A stretch of DNA of 64,000 nucleotides, taken from the NCBI GenBank assembly GCA_963665285.1, contig OY762266.1, forward strand, positions 2,120,059-2,184,058, in the 5' to 3' direction. Of this stretch, positions 37,800 to 46,666 are shown in pieces; the stretch's first letter is position 1; each line of letters begins with the position of its first letter. This DNA is from Candidatus Poribacteria bacterium. Lineage in GTDB: Bacteria > Poribacteria > WGA-4E > PCPOR2b. The notes under the pieces are model-generated. The model was given only the letters and a program-made list of their open reading frames with translations, had not been told where the DNA came from and searched no databases. A program made the translations under genes and the position numbers.

Positions 37800-39848
37800 A
37801 TGCTTGTTGACAATCAATTTTCAGCAAAAGAACACTTTAACGTGAAAACAGTCGGAATCGGTCTTATTCTTTTGATTCTATTTTTACCGAACACCTTTGC
37901 CCAAGATCACACGCAATGGGGGTTACCCGACGGTGCTAAGGTGCGCCTCGGTAAAGGGCTGGTAACCGAGATACAGTATTCGCCCGATGGAAAGCGGCTC
38001 GCAGTGGCGGGTAGTATCGGTATTTGGCTTTATGATACGGTGACCTATCAAGAGGTCGCCTTGTTGACTGGGCATATGATTAGTGTCGTAAGCGTTGCAT
38101 TCAGTCCTGATGGTAGCACGCTTGCAACTGGGAGTGAAGACACTACGGTGCGGCTATGGGATGTGAACACAGGGACACCCATCCACACTCTCGAAGGGCA
38201 TACGAGTTGGGTCTATAGCGTGTCGTTCAGTCCCGATGGTAGCACACTTGCAACTGGGAATTGGGGCGATACGGCGCAACTGTGGGATGTGAACACAGGG
38301 ACACCCATCCGCACCCTTGAAGGGCATAGAGGCGAGGTCGAGAGTGTAGCGTTCAGTCCCGATGGTAGCACGCTTGCAACTGGGAGTGAAGACACTACGG
38401 TGCGACTGTGGGATGTGAACACAGGGACACCCATCCACACCCTCGAAGGGCATAGGGGCGAGGTCGAGAGTGTAGCGTTTAGTCCCGATGGTAGCACGCT
38501 TGCAACTGGGTATTGGGACCGGACAGTGCAACTGTGGGATGTGAACACAGGGACGCCCATCCGCACCCTTGAAGGGCATACGGATAGGGTCTATAGCGTG
38601 TCGTTCAGCCCCGATGGTAGCACGCTTGCAACTGGGAGTTTTGACGGTAGGGTACGACTGTGGGATGTGAACACAGGTGCCCCCATCCGCACCCTTGAAG
38701 GGCATACGGATAGGGTCTATAGCGTGTCGTTCAGTCCTGATGGTAGCACGCTTGCAAGTGGGAGTTTCGACGATACGGTGCGACTGTGGGATGTGAACAC
38801 AGGTGCCCCCATCCGCAGCCTTAAAGGGCATAGGGGTGAGGTCATGAGTGTAGCGTTCAGTCCTGATGGTAGCACGCTTGCAAGTGGGAGTTTGGACGGT
38901 ACGGTGCGACTGTGGGCTGTGAACACAGGTGCCCCCATCCGCAGCCTTGAAGTGTATTGGGCGTATTGGTTTTCGGTCAGTAGTGTGTCGTTCAGTCCCG
39001 ATGGTAGCACGCTTGCAAGTGGGTATTGGGACCGGACAGTGCAACTATGGGATGTGAACACAGGTGCCCCCATCCGCAGCCTTGAAGGGCATACGGGTAG
39101 GGTCACAAGCGTGTCGTTCAGTCCTGATGGTAGCACACTTGCCAGTGGGAGTGGGGACGGTACGGTGCGACTGTGGGAACTCACCCCGTCCGTCACACAG
39201 GAGGAAGAACAGGTCGAAGGGGATATCAATGGGGATGGTGTGGTCAACATCCAAGATTTATTCCTCATTGCCGGGTGGCTCGGACAGACGGGACAGAATG
39301 ATGCTGATGTCAACGGAGATGGCGTGGTCAACATCCAAGATTTAGTCTTCGTTGCTGGGCGGCTTGGAAGCACTGCAGCCCCGCGTGCCTTTCACCCACA
39401 GGCCCTTGCAGCCCTCACCGCCGCTGATGTCGAAGGATGGCTTATCCAAGCGCAGCAAATGGGACTGATAGATCCCGTCTCTCTGCGCGGCCTTGCTGTG
39501 TTGGGGCAACTTCTTGCGGCATTGACTCCGAAAGAGACCGCCCTGTTGTCCAACTACCCAAACCCGTTCAACCCGGAGACATGGATACCGTATCACCTCG
39601 CTCACGCTGCCGATGTAACGCTCACGATTTATGACACTCAAGGCACGCTGATACGGCGGTTGGATTTGGGGCATCAGCAGGCGGACTATTACACGAATCG
39701 GGCAAAGGCGGCGTATTGGGATGGGACCAATGATGCCGGTGAAGAGGTCGCTAGTGGTATCTATTTCTATCAACTGTTGGTGTCTTCATCTCGATCTATC
39801 GGGGCGGGAGAGTATGCCGCCACGAAACGAATGGTAATTGTCAAGTAG
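37800..39848 (+). CDS. Secreted WD40 beta-propeller protein with two dockerin-like Ca-binding repeats and a Por/T9SS-type C-terminal sorting domain
   Basis: Signal peptide (KTVGIGLILLILFLPNTFAQ). About 10 WD40 blades (GH..V.SVAFSPDGSTLATGS.D.TVRLWDVNTG.PI.TLEGH). DINGDGVVNIQDL and DVNGDGVVNIQDL are dockerin-type motifs. The C-terminal NYPNPFNPETWIPY...LTIYDTQG...GIYFYQL matches the Por_Secre_tail/TIGR04183-type domain. The start is ambiguous among 37731, 37800 (ATG) and 37842 (GTG). Confidence 0.8.
   Translation: MLVDNQFSAKEHFNVKTVGIGLILLILFLPNTFAQDHTQWGLPDGAKVRLGKGLVTEIQYSPDGKRLAVAGSIGIWLYDTVTYQEVALLTGHMISVVSVAFSPDGSTLATGSEDTTVRLWDVNTGTPIHTLEGHTSWVYSVSFSPDGSTLATGNWGDTAQLWDVNTGTPIRTLEGHRGEVESVAFSPDGSTLATGSEDTTVRLWDVNTGTPIHTLEGHRGEVESVAFSPDGSTLATGYWDRTVQLWDVNTGTPIRTLEGHTDRVYSVSFSPDGSTLATGSFDGRVRLWDVNTGAPIRTLEGHTDRVYSVSFSPDGSTLASGSFDDTVRLWDVNTGAPIRSLKGHRGEVMSVAFSPDGSTLASGSLDGTVRLWAVNTGAPIRSLEVYWAYWFSVSSVSFSPDGSTLASGYWDRTVQLWDVNTGAPIRSLEGHTGRVTSVSFSPDGSTLASGSGDGTVRLWELTPSVTQEEEQVEGDINGDGVVNIQDLFLIAGWLGQTGQNDADVNGDGVVNIQDLVFVAGRLGSTAAPRAFHPQALAALTAADVEGWLIQAQQMGLIDPVSLRGLAVLGQLLAALTPKETALLSNYPNPFNPETWIPYHLAHAADVTLTIYDTQGTLIRRLDLGHQQADYYTNRAKAAYWDGTNDAGEEVASGIYFYQLLVSSSRSIGAGEYAATKRMVIVK
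38095..39185 (+). repeat. Nucleotide-level tandem repeats (period about 126 bp, about 8-9 copies) encoding the WD40 blades
   Basis: Long near-identical segments recur, for example CTGTGGGATGTGAACACAGG[GT][AG]C[AC]CCCATCC[AG]CA[CG]CCT[TC]GAAGGGCATA. The spurious antisense ORFs with repeated CKRATIGTERH also reflect this. Confidence 0.75.
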
Positions 39849-39912
39849 GCATGTAAAGAACCACTGGTGCTAGTTTGCAACTGTTAATGCGCTCTTCAGT
39901 CAGAGACCGAGA

Positions 39913-39985
39913 GTGATACGTGAAGCGTGATGCGCCACGAGAGGGTTCAACCAAGATGCTACACAAATGAACCAATGAACCAAGA
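39913..39985. repeat. Intergenic repeat copy X2 (GTGAAGCGTGATGCG ... AATGAACCAATGAACC)
   Basis: Same two motifs as X1, in the same order. It lies immediately upstream of lysC. Confidence 0.5.
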
Positions 39986-39996
39986 GGTAAGTAAGC

Positions 39997-41220
39997 GTGG
40001 GAATCATTGTCCAAAAATTTGGTGGGAGTTCTGTCGCGGATGCTACAAAGATCAAAAATGTTGCCAAGCGAATCGCACTAGCACGGGAGGGTGGACACGC
40101 TGTTGTGGTAGCTGTGTCTGCGATGGGAGATACGACTGATAATCTGATTCGACTTGCCCACGAAATTTCTGTAGATCCCCCTGAACGGGAACTGGATATG
40201 CTGCTGTCCACCGGGGAACAGGTCTCAATTGCCCTGTTGGCGATGGCGGTTTCAGAGCTGGGATACGAAGCGATCTCCCTCACCGGGACGCAGGTCGGCA
40301 TTATCACCAGCGGCTTCTATAGCAATGCCCGAATTCAGAGCATCAACAAAGAGCGTATCCTATCGGAACTTGAGCGTGGAAGGATTGTTATACTGGCGGG
40401 TTTTCAGGGGGTAACCATTGATAACGAGATTACGACCCTCGGACGAGGTGCCTCTGATACCACTGCTGTTGCCATTGCCGCAACGTTAGAGGCTGATCGT
40501 TGTGATATTTATACGGATGTAGAAGGCGTTTACACAGCAGACCCACGTGTCGTTCCAAATGCCCGTAAGCACGACCAGATTACCCATGATGAAATGCTTG
40601 AGATGGCGAGACTTGGTGCAAGGGTCTTGCACTCTCGATGTGTAGAGCTTGCGAAGAAATTTAGTGTTCATCTTTGCGTCCGCTCTAGCTTCAGTGAAGC
40701 CGAAGGCACAATGGTGGTAAAGGAAGACGAGATGATAGAAGAAGTTGTCGTCAGTGCGGTGACCTCTGATAAAGACCAGGCAAAGGTATCGCTGCTCGGT
40801 GTGCCGGACATACCGGGGATCGCGGCGCGTATTTTTCAGGCAGTTGCTGATGCCCACATCAGTATTGATATGGTCATTCAGACGACAAATCCGGGGGGTA
40901 CAGCCGACATAGCGTTTACAGTTACTGAGAAGGACCTGCAAGCAACAATTAAAATCATCGAAGGACTCAAAAGCGAAGTGGGTTTCGCCAGCGTTAGCCC
41001 AGACAAAAACATTGCGCAGGTGTCGTTAGTCGGAATTGGGATGAAGAGTCATGTGGGTATCGCTGCCCGAATGTTCCAAGCCCTCGCTGATGCAAATATC
41101 AATATTCAGATGATTAGTTCTTCAGAAATCACAATTTCTTGTGTGATTGATGAGAATGAAACGGAACGTGCTGTGCGTACGATTCACGATCGATTTGAAC
41201 TCGGAGGCACTGCTTCGTGA
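39997..41220 (+). CDS. lysC: Aspartate kinase (monofunctional, two C-terminal ACT domains)
   Basis: The N-terminus [11 protein letters not shown] is the amino-acid kinase family signature. Tandem ACT domains follow. GTG start. Confidence 0.9.
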   Translation: MGIIVQKFGGSSVADATKIKNVAKRIALAREGGHAVVVAVSAMGDTTDNLIRLAHEISVDPPERELDMLLSTGEQVSIALLAMAVSELGYEAISLTGTQVGIITSGFYSNARIQSINKERILSELERGRIVILAGFQGVTIDNEITTLGRGASDTTAVAIAATLEADRCDIYTDVEGVYTADPRVVPNARKHDQITHDEMLEMARLGARVLHSRCVELAKKFSVHLCVRSSFSEAEGTMVVKEDEMIEEVVVSAVTSDKDQAKVSLLGVPDIPGIAARIFQAVADAHISIDMVIQTTNPGGTADIAFTVTEKDLQATIKIIEGLKSEVGFASVSPDKNIAQVSLVGIGMKSHVGIAARMFQALADANINIQMISSSEITISCVIDENETERAVRTIHDRFELGGTAS

Positions 41221-41765
41221 AAACGCTTGAATTCATTGTTAGAGAAATCTCTGACAGCCAAGTCACACGACACGAGGTTTGGGTTCCTCCGGCGGAAGTG
41301 GACTTAGGGCTAGAAGAAGCACAGTTTGTTGGAGAGATTCACGGACATTTACAACTCTCACGCCGCGTCGAAGATGTTTACGTGAAAGGGAGTTTTTCCG
41401 CCTCGGTTGAGGTCGAGTGTCGTTGCTGTATTGAGCCGTTTACGACCAGTGTTGCGGGGGACATTGAAGTCCAGTTTTCTCCAACAGATGCAGTGGCGGC
41501 CCCCTCAGATCCGTGGCAAGCGGATACCGGCGAGCGATACTATTTGGGAGATACAATCGATTTATCGGAGGAAACCCGGCAAAGCCTCATACTCGAAATA
41601 CCCAATTGGCCCCTATGCTCGGAGGAATGCAAGGGACTCTGTCCGCAATGTGGAGAAAACCGCAACATTGTTGACTGCGGTTGTCAGATCTCTGAAGAGA
41701 GCTCCTCTCCATTTGCTGCTTTGGCGGATCTATTGGACCGGTCTGATAGCGCGCTTGAAAGCTGA
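41217..41765 (+). CDS. yceD: DUF177/YceD-family protein (23S rRNA accumulation protein)
   Basis: Conserved Cys cluster (CRCC...[17 protein letters not shown]). The classic position is immediately upstream of rpmF. The start overlaps the lysC stop (GTGA). Confidence 0.8.
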   Translation: MKTLEFIVREISDSQVTRHEVWVPPAEVDLGLEEAQFVGEIHGHLQLSRRVEDVYVKGSFSASVEVECRCCIEPFTTSVAGDIEVQFSPTDAVAAPSDPWQADTGERYYLGDTIDLSEETRQSLILEIPNWPLCSEECKGLCPQCGENRNIVDCGCQISEESSSPFAALADLLDRSDSALES

Positions 41766-41812
41766 TTTTTCCGATGTTAAAATATACAATTCATGTAATA
41801 AGGAGATGACCT

Positions 41813-41998
41813 ATGGCACATCCAAAACGTCGCACTTCAAAATCAAAAAAACGAATGCGAAGAAGCCACCATGCACTTGGGGAAAAATTTGTTTCAACAT
41901 GTCCCCACTGTTCAGAAACAATCCTATCTCATCGTGTTTGTCCGAGCTGTGGATACTATAACGGGCGGGTTGTGGTGAAAACGGCTGAAGAAGTTTAA
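41813..41998 (+). CDS. rpmF: 50S ribosomal protein L32
   Basis: MAHPKRRTSKSKKRMRRSHHAL... followed by a CxxC...CxxC zinc ribbon. AAGGAGATGA lies upstream. Confidence 0.9.
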   Translation: MAHPKRRTSKSKKRMRRSHHALGEKFVSTCPHCSETILSHRVCPSCGYYNGRVVVKTAEEV

Positions 41999-42066
41999 GC
42001 CTATACTATAATCAGCTTCAATTGTGGGATTGAATAACGGCTGAAACCAAAAAGGACGCTATCATA

Positions 42067-43056
42067 ATGGCTCGACATACAGCAATTACCGGGACGGGTT
42101 CATACCTGCCGGAGGGAGTTTTAACAAACCTTGACCTAGAAAAACTGGTCGATACTAGCGATGAATGGATTCGACAGCGAACTGGCATTGTAGAGCGACG
42201 CATTGCGGAACCTGATATGGCAACCTCGGATTTATGTGTTCGAGCTAGTCGCCAAGCTATTAAAGCCGCCGATATTGATCCGCTTGACGTTGAGATGGTC
42301 ATTGTTGGTACTGCGACCCCTGATACATTTTTTCCTTCAACTGCATGTTATGTGCAGCAAGGCATCGGTGCCAAAAACGCTTGTGCTTTTGATCTCTCGG
42401 CAGCTTGTGCAGGGTTTATCTATGGACTTGACCTTGCTGACGGTATGATTCTGTCCGGACGTTATCAAACGATTCTAGTTGTCGGTGGAGAGGTTTTTAA
42501 TAAAATTCTTGATTGGGAAGACCGGAATACCTGTGTTTTGTTCGGAGATGCGGCAGGTGCTGCAATCGTACAGGGGACAGATGAGGAAAAAGGAATTCTG
42601 GCATCTTATATCGGATCTGATGGCGATTATGCCGATACAGATCTTTTAGGGATGCCCGCAGGCGGTACACGCCTTCCGGCAAGCCATGAGACCGTTGATG
42701 ACAGAATGCATTCGATCAAAATGCGTGGACGAGAGGTGTTCAAGCTGGGTACCCGTATTATGCCAGAAGCTGCTCAACGGGCGTTGGACATGGCAGGACT
42801 GACCGTTGATGATATCGATCTGCTTATCCCACATCAGGCGAATATCCGTATCATCGAAGCCGTGGGAGAGCGGATCGGGATTGATCCAGAAAAAGTGTAT
42901 ATCAATGTTGATAAGTACGGAAATACCTCTGCTGCTACCACAATCGTTGCGCTTGACGAAGCCCTCCGGTCCGGACGGGTTAAGCCGGGTGACTTAGTGT
43001 TGCTGGTCACATTCGGTGCAGGACTGACATGGGGAAGCACCCTGATTAAAATCTAA
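42067..43056 (+). CDS. fabH: 3-oxoacyl-ACP synthase III
   Basis: The N-terminus ITGTGSYLPEGVLTNLDLEK and the active-site Cys region (AACAGF) are typical. Length 329 aa. Confidence 0.9.
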   Translation: MARHTAITGTGSYLPEGVLTNLDLEKLVDTSDEWIRQRTGIVERRIAEPDMATSDLCVRASRQAIKAADIDPLDVEMVIVGTATPDTFFPSTACYVQQGIGAKNACAFDLSAACAGFIYGLDLADGMILSGRYQTILVVGGEVFNKILDWEDRNTCVLFGDAAGAAIVQGTDEEKGILASYIGSDGDYADTDLLGMPAGGTRLPASHETVDDRMHSIKMRGREVFKLGTRIMPEAAQRALDMAGLTVDDIDLLIPHQANIRIIEAVGERIGIDPEKVYINVDKYGNTSAATTIVALDEALRSGRVKPGDLVLLVTFGAGLTWGSTLIKI

Positions 43057-43088
43057 ACGAACCAGAGATTTAGGTTTCATTTCTGATT

Positions 43089-44078
43089 ATGATCGAATCC
43101 TCGATAAAAGACTCATTTGCTTTCCTCTTCCCCGGTCAAGGTGCCCAAAAAGTGGGAATGGGTTTGGAACTTTCCCAAGAATACGCCGCAGCTCGTGCGA
43201 TCTTTGACGAGGCGGACGCGATCCTGAGCCGGAAGCTGAGCCAGCTCTGCTTTGAAGGGCCCGCGGAAGCACTGAAACAGACGGAAAATACACAACTGGC
43301 AATTCTGACATGCAGCGTTGCAGCGTTGCGAGTCTTGAGCGAACACGGAATTGCCCCGACAGCTGTTGCTGGTCATAGCCTCGGAGAGTATTCCGCCCTC
43401 GTTGCGGCGAATGTGCTTGCCTTCTCAGATGCGCTGAAGTTGGTCGAGTATCGGGCGCAGGTCATGGCGGAGGCTTCCCAGCGACAAGATTGCACAATGG
43501 CGGCAATTTTAGGGTTGGATGAAGCAACGTTACAGGATCTCTGCGAAGCTGCATCATCTGCTGAAGCAACTTCCAGTGGGCAGGATGCAAGTGCCGGTGT
43601 GGTTCAAATCGCAAATTATAACTGTCCTGGTCAACTCATTGTTTCTGGTGATACCGCCGCTGTTGAACGGGTCATGGGTAGCGCGAAGGATGCAGGTGCT
43701 AGACGTTGCCTCCGACTTGAAGTAAGTGGCGCATTTCATTCTTCCTTAATGGCACCGGCAAAAGAGCAACTTCAAGCTGTAATCAACAATTTCCATTTCA
43801 ACGATCCAAGTATTCAAGTGGCTGCTAACGTAACGGGCAACTTTGTTCAAACTGCGGACGAAGTTCGCCGATTGTTGATAGCACAAGTAACCTCCGCTGT
43901 TCAGTGGGAGAAGTCGACACGGACTATTGGGGCTGCCGGTATCTCGCACTTTGTGGAGGTAGGACCCGGAACAGTGCTTTCTGGGATGGTACGTCGCACC
44001 CTTCCAGAGGCGATTTGCCTGAATGTCGAGGATACCAAGAGTCTTAATAAAGTGATGGATATAGCGTATAAGGGTTGA
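43089..44078 (+). CDS. fabD: Malonyl-CoA:ACP transacylase
   Basis: FLFPGQGAQKVGMG and the active-site motif GHSLGEYSAL. Confidence 0.9.
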   Translation: MIESSIKDSFAFLFPGQGAQKVGMGLELSQEYAAARAIFDEADAILSRKLSQLCFEGPAEALKQTENTQLAILTCSVAALRVLSEHGIAPTAVAGHSLGEYSALVAANVLAFSDALKLVEYRAQVMAEASQRQDCTMAAILGLDEATLQDLCEAASSAEATSSGQDASAGVVQIANYNCPGQLIVSGDTAAVERVMGSAKDAGARRCLRLEVSGAFHSSLMAPAKEQLQAVINNFHFNDPSIQVAANVTGNFVQTADEVRRLLIAQVTSAVQWEKSTRTIGAAGISHFVEVGPGTVLSGMVRRTLPEAICLNVEDTKSLNKVMDIAYKG

Positions 44079-44082
44079 TTAA

Positions 44083-44823
44083 ATGATACTTAAGGACAAA
44101 GTGGCAATTGTAACAGGTGCATCGCGTGGAATTGGGGAAGCAATCGCTCGAAAATTCTGTCAGGAAGGTGCAAGTGTGATGCTCTGTTCGCGCTCCGCTG
44201 AATCGGTTGCTACCATCACTGAATCCCTTTCAGACGAAATTGGAAACGCAAAATCTACTCAAGCCGATATCGCCACCAAAGCTGATGTAGAAGCACTGGT
44301 AGATTTAACGCTGGAAGAATTTGGCAGTGTTGATATCCTTGTAAATAATGCTGGCATTACCCGCGATGCCTTGTTCATGCGGATGAAGGATGAAGACTGG
44401 GAGGCGGTCTTAAACACCAATCTCACCGGAACGGCGTATTGTATGCGGGCAGTTATCCGTTCGATGATGCGCCAAAGAAGTGGACGAATCATTAATATTT
44501 CATCAGTGGTGGGAGTCGCAGGAAACGCTGGACAAGCGAACTACGCCGCTTCCAAAGCCGGCATCATTGGCTTGACAAAATCTGTTGCAAAAGAGGCTGG
44601 CAGTCGTGGTATCACGGTGAATGCGATTACCCCCGGTTTTATCACAACTGATATGACGGAAAAAATATCGGAAGCAGATCAACAGAAAATGTTAGAGATG
44701 ATTCCAGCGGGCAGTTTCGGCACACCAGAAGATGTTGCAGAAACTGCTCTGTTTTTAGCATCAGATGCCGCCCGATACATTACAGGGCAAGCCATCCAAG
44801 TTGATGGCGGTATGTTTATGTAA
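44083..44823 (+). CDS. fabG: 3-oxoacyl-ACP reductase (SDR)
   Basis: TGASRGIG cofactor motif, NAG and YxxxK catalytic motifs (YAASKAG), and the C-terminus IQVDGGM. Confidence 0.9.
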   Translation: MILKDKVAIVTGASRGIGEAIARKFCQEGASVMLCSRSAESVATITESLSDEIGNAKSTQADIATKADVEALVDLTLEEFGSVDILVNNAGITRDALFMRMKDEDWEAVLNTNLTGTAYCMRAVIRSMMRQRSGRIINISSVVGVAGNAGQANYAASKAGIIGLTKSVAKEAGSRGITVNAITPGFITTDMTEKISEADQQKMLEMIPAGSFGTPEDVAETALFLASDAARYITGQAIQVDGGMFM

Positions 44824-44869
44824 GTGAATCCATATACAATTTTCAATAACTTTGGAGGTTAATAAATCA

Positions 44870-45103
44870 ATGGCAATAGATCAAAATCAGATTATCAAGA
44901 TGATTGCAGATCAGTTACAGATTGACGAAGAACAGGTTAAACCTGATGCCTCGTTTATGGATGATTTAGGGGCTGACTCGTTGGATACAGTGGAACTAAT
45001 CATGGCACTTGAAGAGGAATTTGATATTGAAATTCCAGACAGTGAAGCTGAAAAGATTCGCACTGTGCAGCAGGCACTTAATTACTTAGATGAGAATGCC
45101 TAA
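44870..45103 (+). CDS. acpP: Acyl carrier protein
   Basis: The [26 protein letters not shown] motif includes the phosphopantetheine-attachment Ser. GGAGG is 9 nt upstream of the ATG at 44870. The ORF-track start at 44852 overlaps the RBS. Confidence 0.9.
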   Translation: MAIDQNQIIKMIADQLQIDEEQVKPDASFMDDLGADSLDTVELIMALEEEFDIEIPDSEAEKIRTVQQALNYLDENA

Positions 45104-45170
45104 CAGTTGTATGCGCTCAGTTTGAGTATTGTAACTACCGATTCGGTAGACAGTTTCTGCTTATTATCTG

Positions 45171-45217
45171 GGGAGTATGTGCTATCAACCTTTGGTTTTG
45201 TAATAGCACATACTCCC
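45171..45217 (+). promoter_or_regulatory. Perfect 15-bp-stem hairpin in the acpP-fabF intergenic region
   Basis: GGGAGTATGTGCTAT - 17-nt loop - ATAGCACATACTCCC. No U-run follows. This is a possible processing or attenuation structure between acpP and fabF. Confidence 0.35.
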
Positions 45218-45264
45218 TTTCCACTAATCTATTCCTATATTTCTAAAGCGAAAGAGGTATATTC

Positions 45265-46506
45265 GTGGGGAATCGAGTTGTTATCACTGGAATGGGAGTT
45301 GTCTGTTCGGTAGGCAACACCAAAGATGAGTTTTGGGAATCAATTGCGGTAGGTAAAAGCGGTATCGATCGTGTTACGCATTTTGATCCGCAGGATTTTC
45401 GTACGCAAATTGGGGGCGAGATCAAAGGGTTTGCGCCGGAGACATATCTTCCGCGGAAGGCTGTGGCGCGTTTGCCGTTGTTCATCCAATATGCACTGGT
45501 ATCTGCAATCCAAGCCCAGCAGGACGCGGATCTCGATCTCTCCTCAGTAGACCCTTATCGCGTCGGTGTTGGCGTCGGATCCGGAATCGGTGGCATTGGC
45601 GTTCTAGAGGACAATCACCGAATCTTGCTAGAAAAAGGACCGAGAAGGGTCAGTCCGTTTTTTGTGCCTTACGAGATTATTAACATGGCTGCTGGACAGA
45701 TCTCGATCCATTTGAAACTCAAGGGACCCAATTTCGCATCTGTTACCGCTTGTGCAACCGCAAACAACGCCATTGGGGAATCGTTCAAGATCGTTCAGCG
45801 TGGCGATGCCGATGTGATGTTTGCCGGCGGTTCAGAGGACGCAATTACCCCATTAAGTTTTGCCGGGTTCTGCGCCATGCGGGCGATGTCTATGCGTAAT
45901 GATGAACCGCAGCGAGCAAGCCGTCCATTTGATAAAGAGCGCGATGGATTTGTGATGGGAGAAGGGGCAGGTGTGCTAGTCTTGGAATCCCTCTCACACG
46001 CTTTGAAACGCAATGCCCCTATCTATGGCGAGATTGTTGGCTATGGGATGAGTGCTGACGCGTATGATATGGTGCACCCGAGTGAAAACGGAGAAGGTGC
46101 TGCCAAGTCAATGGAATTGGCACTCAAAGATGCCCAAATTGCACCGCAGGACGTTGATTATATCAATGCCCACGGCACCTCAACGCCATCGGGTGATATT
46201 GCAGAAACACTTGCTGTTAAATCGCTTTTTGGGGACCACGCCAACCGGCTTGCCATGAGTGCAACCAAATCTATGGTGGGTCACCTGCTTGGTGCTGCCG
46301 GCGCAGTTGAATTGATTGCCACCTTGTGTGCAATGGAAAACGATTATATTCCGCCAACCATCAACTACGAAAACCCCGATCCGGAATGTGATTTGGACTG
46401 TGTGCCGAATCAAGGCAGATCTGCGAGTATTCAGGTCGCACTGTCCAACGCCTTCGGCTTTGGTGGACACAACACATCCATTGCTGTCCGCAAATATGTG
46501 GCGTGA
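45265..46506 (+). CDS. fabF: 3-oxoacyl-ACP synthase II
   Basis: N-terminus RVVITGMG. Active-site Cys (TACAT) and His ([15 protein letters not shown]) motifs. AAGAGG is 7 nt upstream of a GTG start. Confidence 0.9.
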   Translation: MGNRVVITGMGVVCSVGNTKDEFWESIAVGKSGIDRVTHFDPQDFRTQIGGEIKGFAPETYLPRKAVARLPLFIQYALVSAIQAQQDADLDLSSVDPYRVGVGVGSGIGGIGVLEDNHRILLEKGPRRVSPFFVPYEIINMAAGQISIHLKLKGPNFASVTACATANNAIGESFKIVQRGDADVMFAGGSEDAITPLSFAGFCAMRAMSMRNDEPQRASRPFDKERDGFVMGEGAGVLVLESLSHALKRNAPIYGEIVGYGMSADAYDMVHPSENGEGAAKSMELALKDAQIAPQDVDYINAHGTSTPSGDIAETLAVKSLFGDHANRLAMSATKSMVGHLLGAAGAVELIATLCAMENDYIPPTINYENPDPECDLDCVPNQGRSASIQVALSNAFGFGGHNTSIAVRKYVA

Positions 46507-46576
46507 GAGGTCGATCTCTGTTAGGTGAAAACCAACGAAGATTCACGTTTCATTCTTAACTCAGGTAAATAAATCG

Positions 46577-46620
46577 TGCAACAGAAACCGAGTTTTTTTG
46601 AAAACTCGGTTTCTTTTTGC
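46577..46620 (+). terminator. REP-like palindromic element acting as the fab operon terminator (copy 2 of a 3-copy family)
   Basis: GTGCAACAGAAACCGAGTTTTTTTGAAAACTCGGTTTCTTTTTGCG forms a 12-bp stem (AAACCGAGTTTT/AAAACTCGGTTT) followed by a U-rich tract. The 22-mer GTGCAACAGAAACCGAGTTTTT is identical at 37735-37756. A related palindrome is at 56486-56526. Confidence 0.55.
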
Positions 46621-46666
46621 GTATTGCACTTTCTTGTGATATGAGCCAATCCTTTATTATCATGGC

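Noticed and set aside
38154-39373. Several long minus-strand ORFs (296, 218 and 117 aa) with repeated CKRATIGTERH / VLPSGLNDTL units
   Set aside because: They are antisense to the WD40 tandem repeats. Their repetitiveness simply mirrors the sense-strand repeat. They have no start context or domain.
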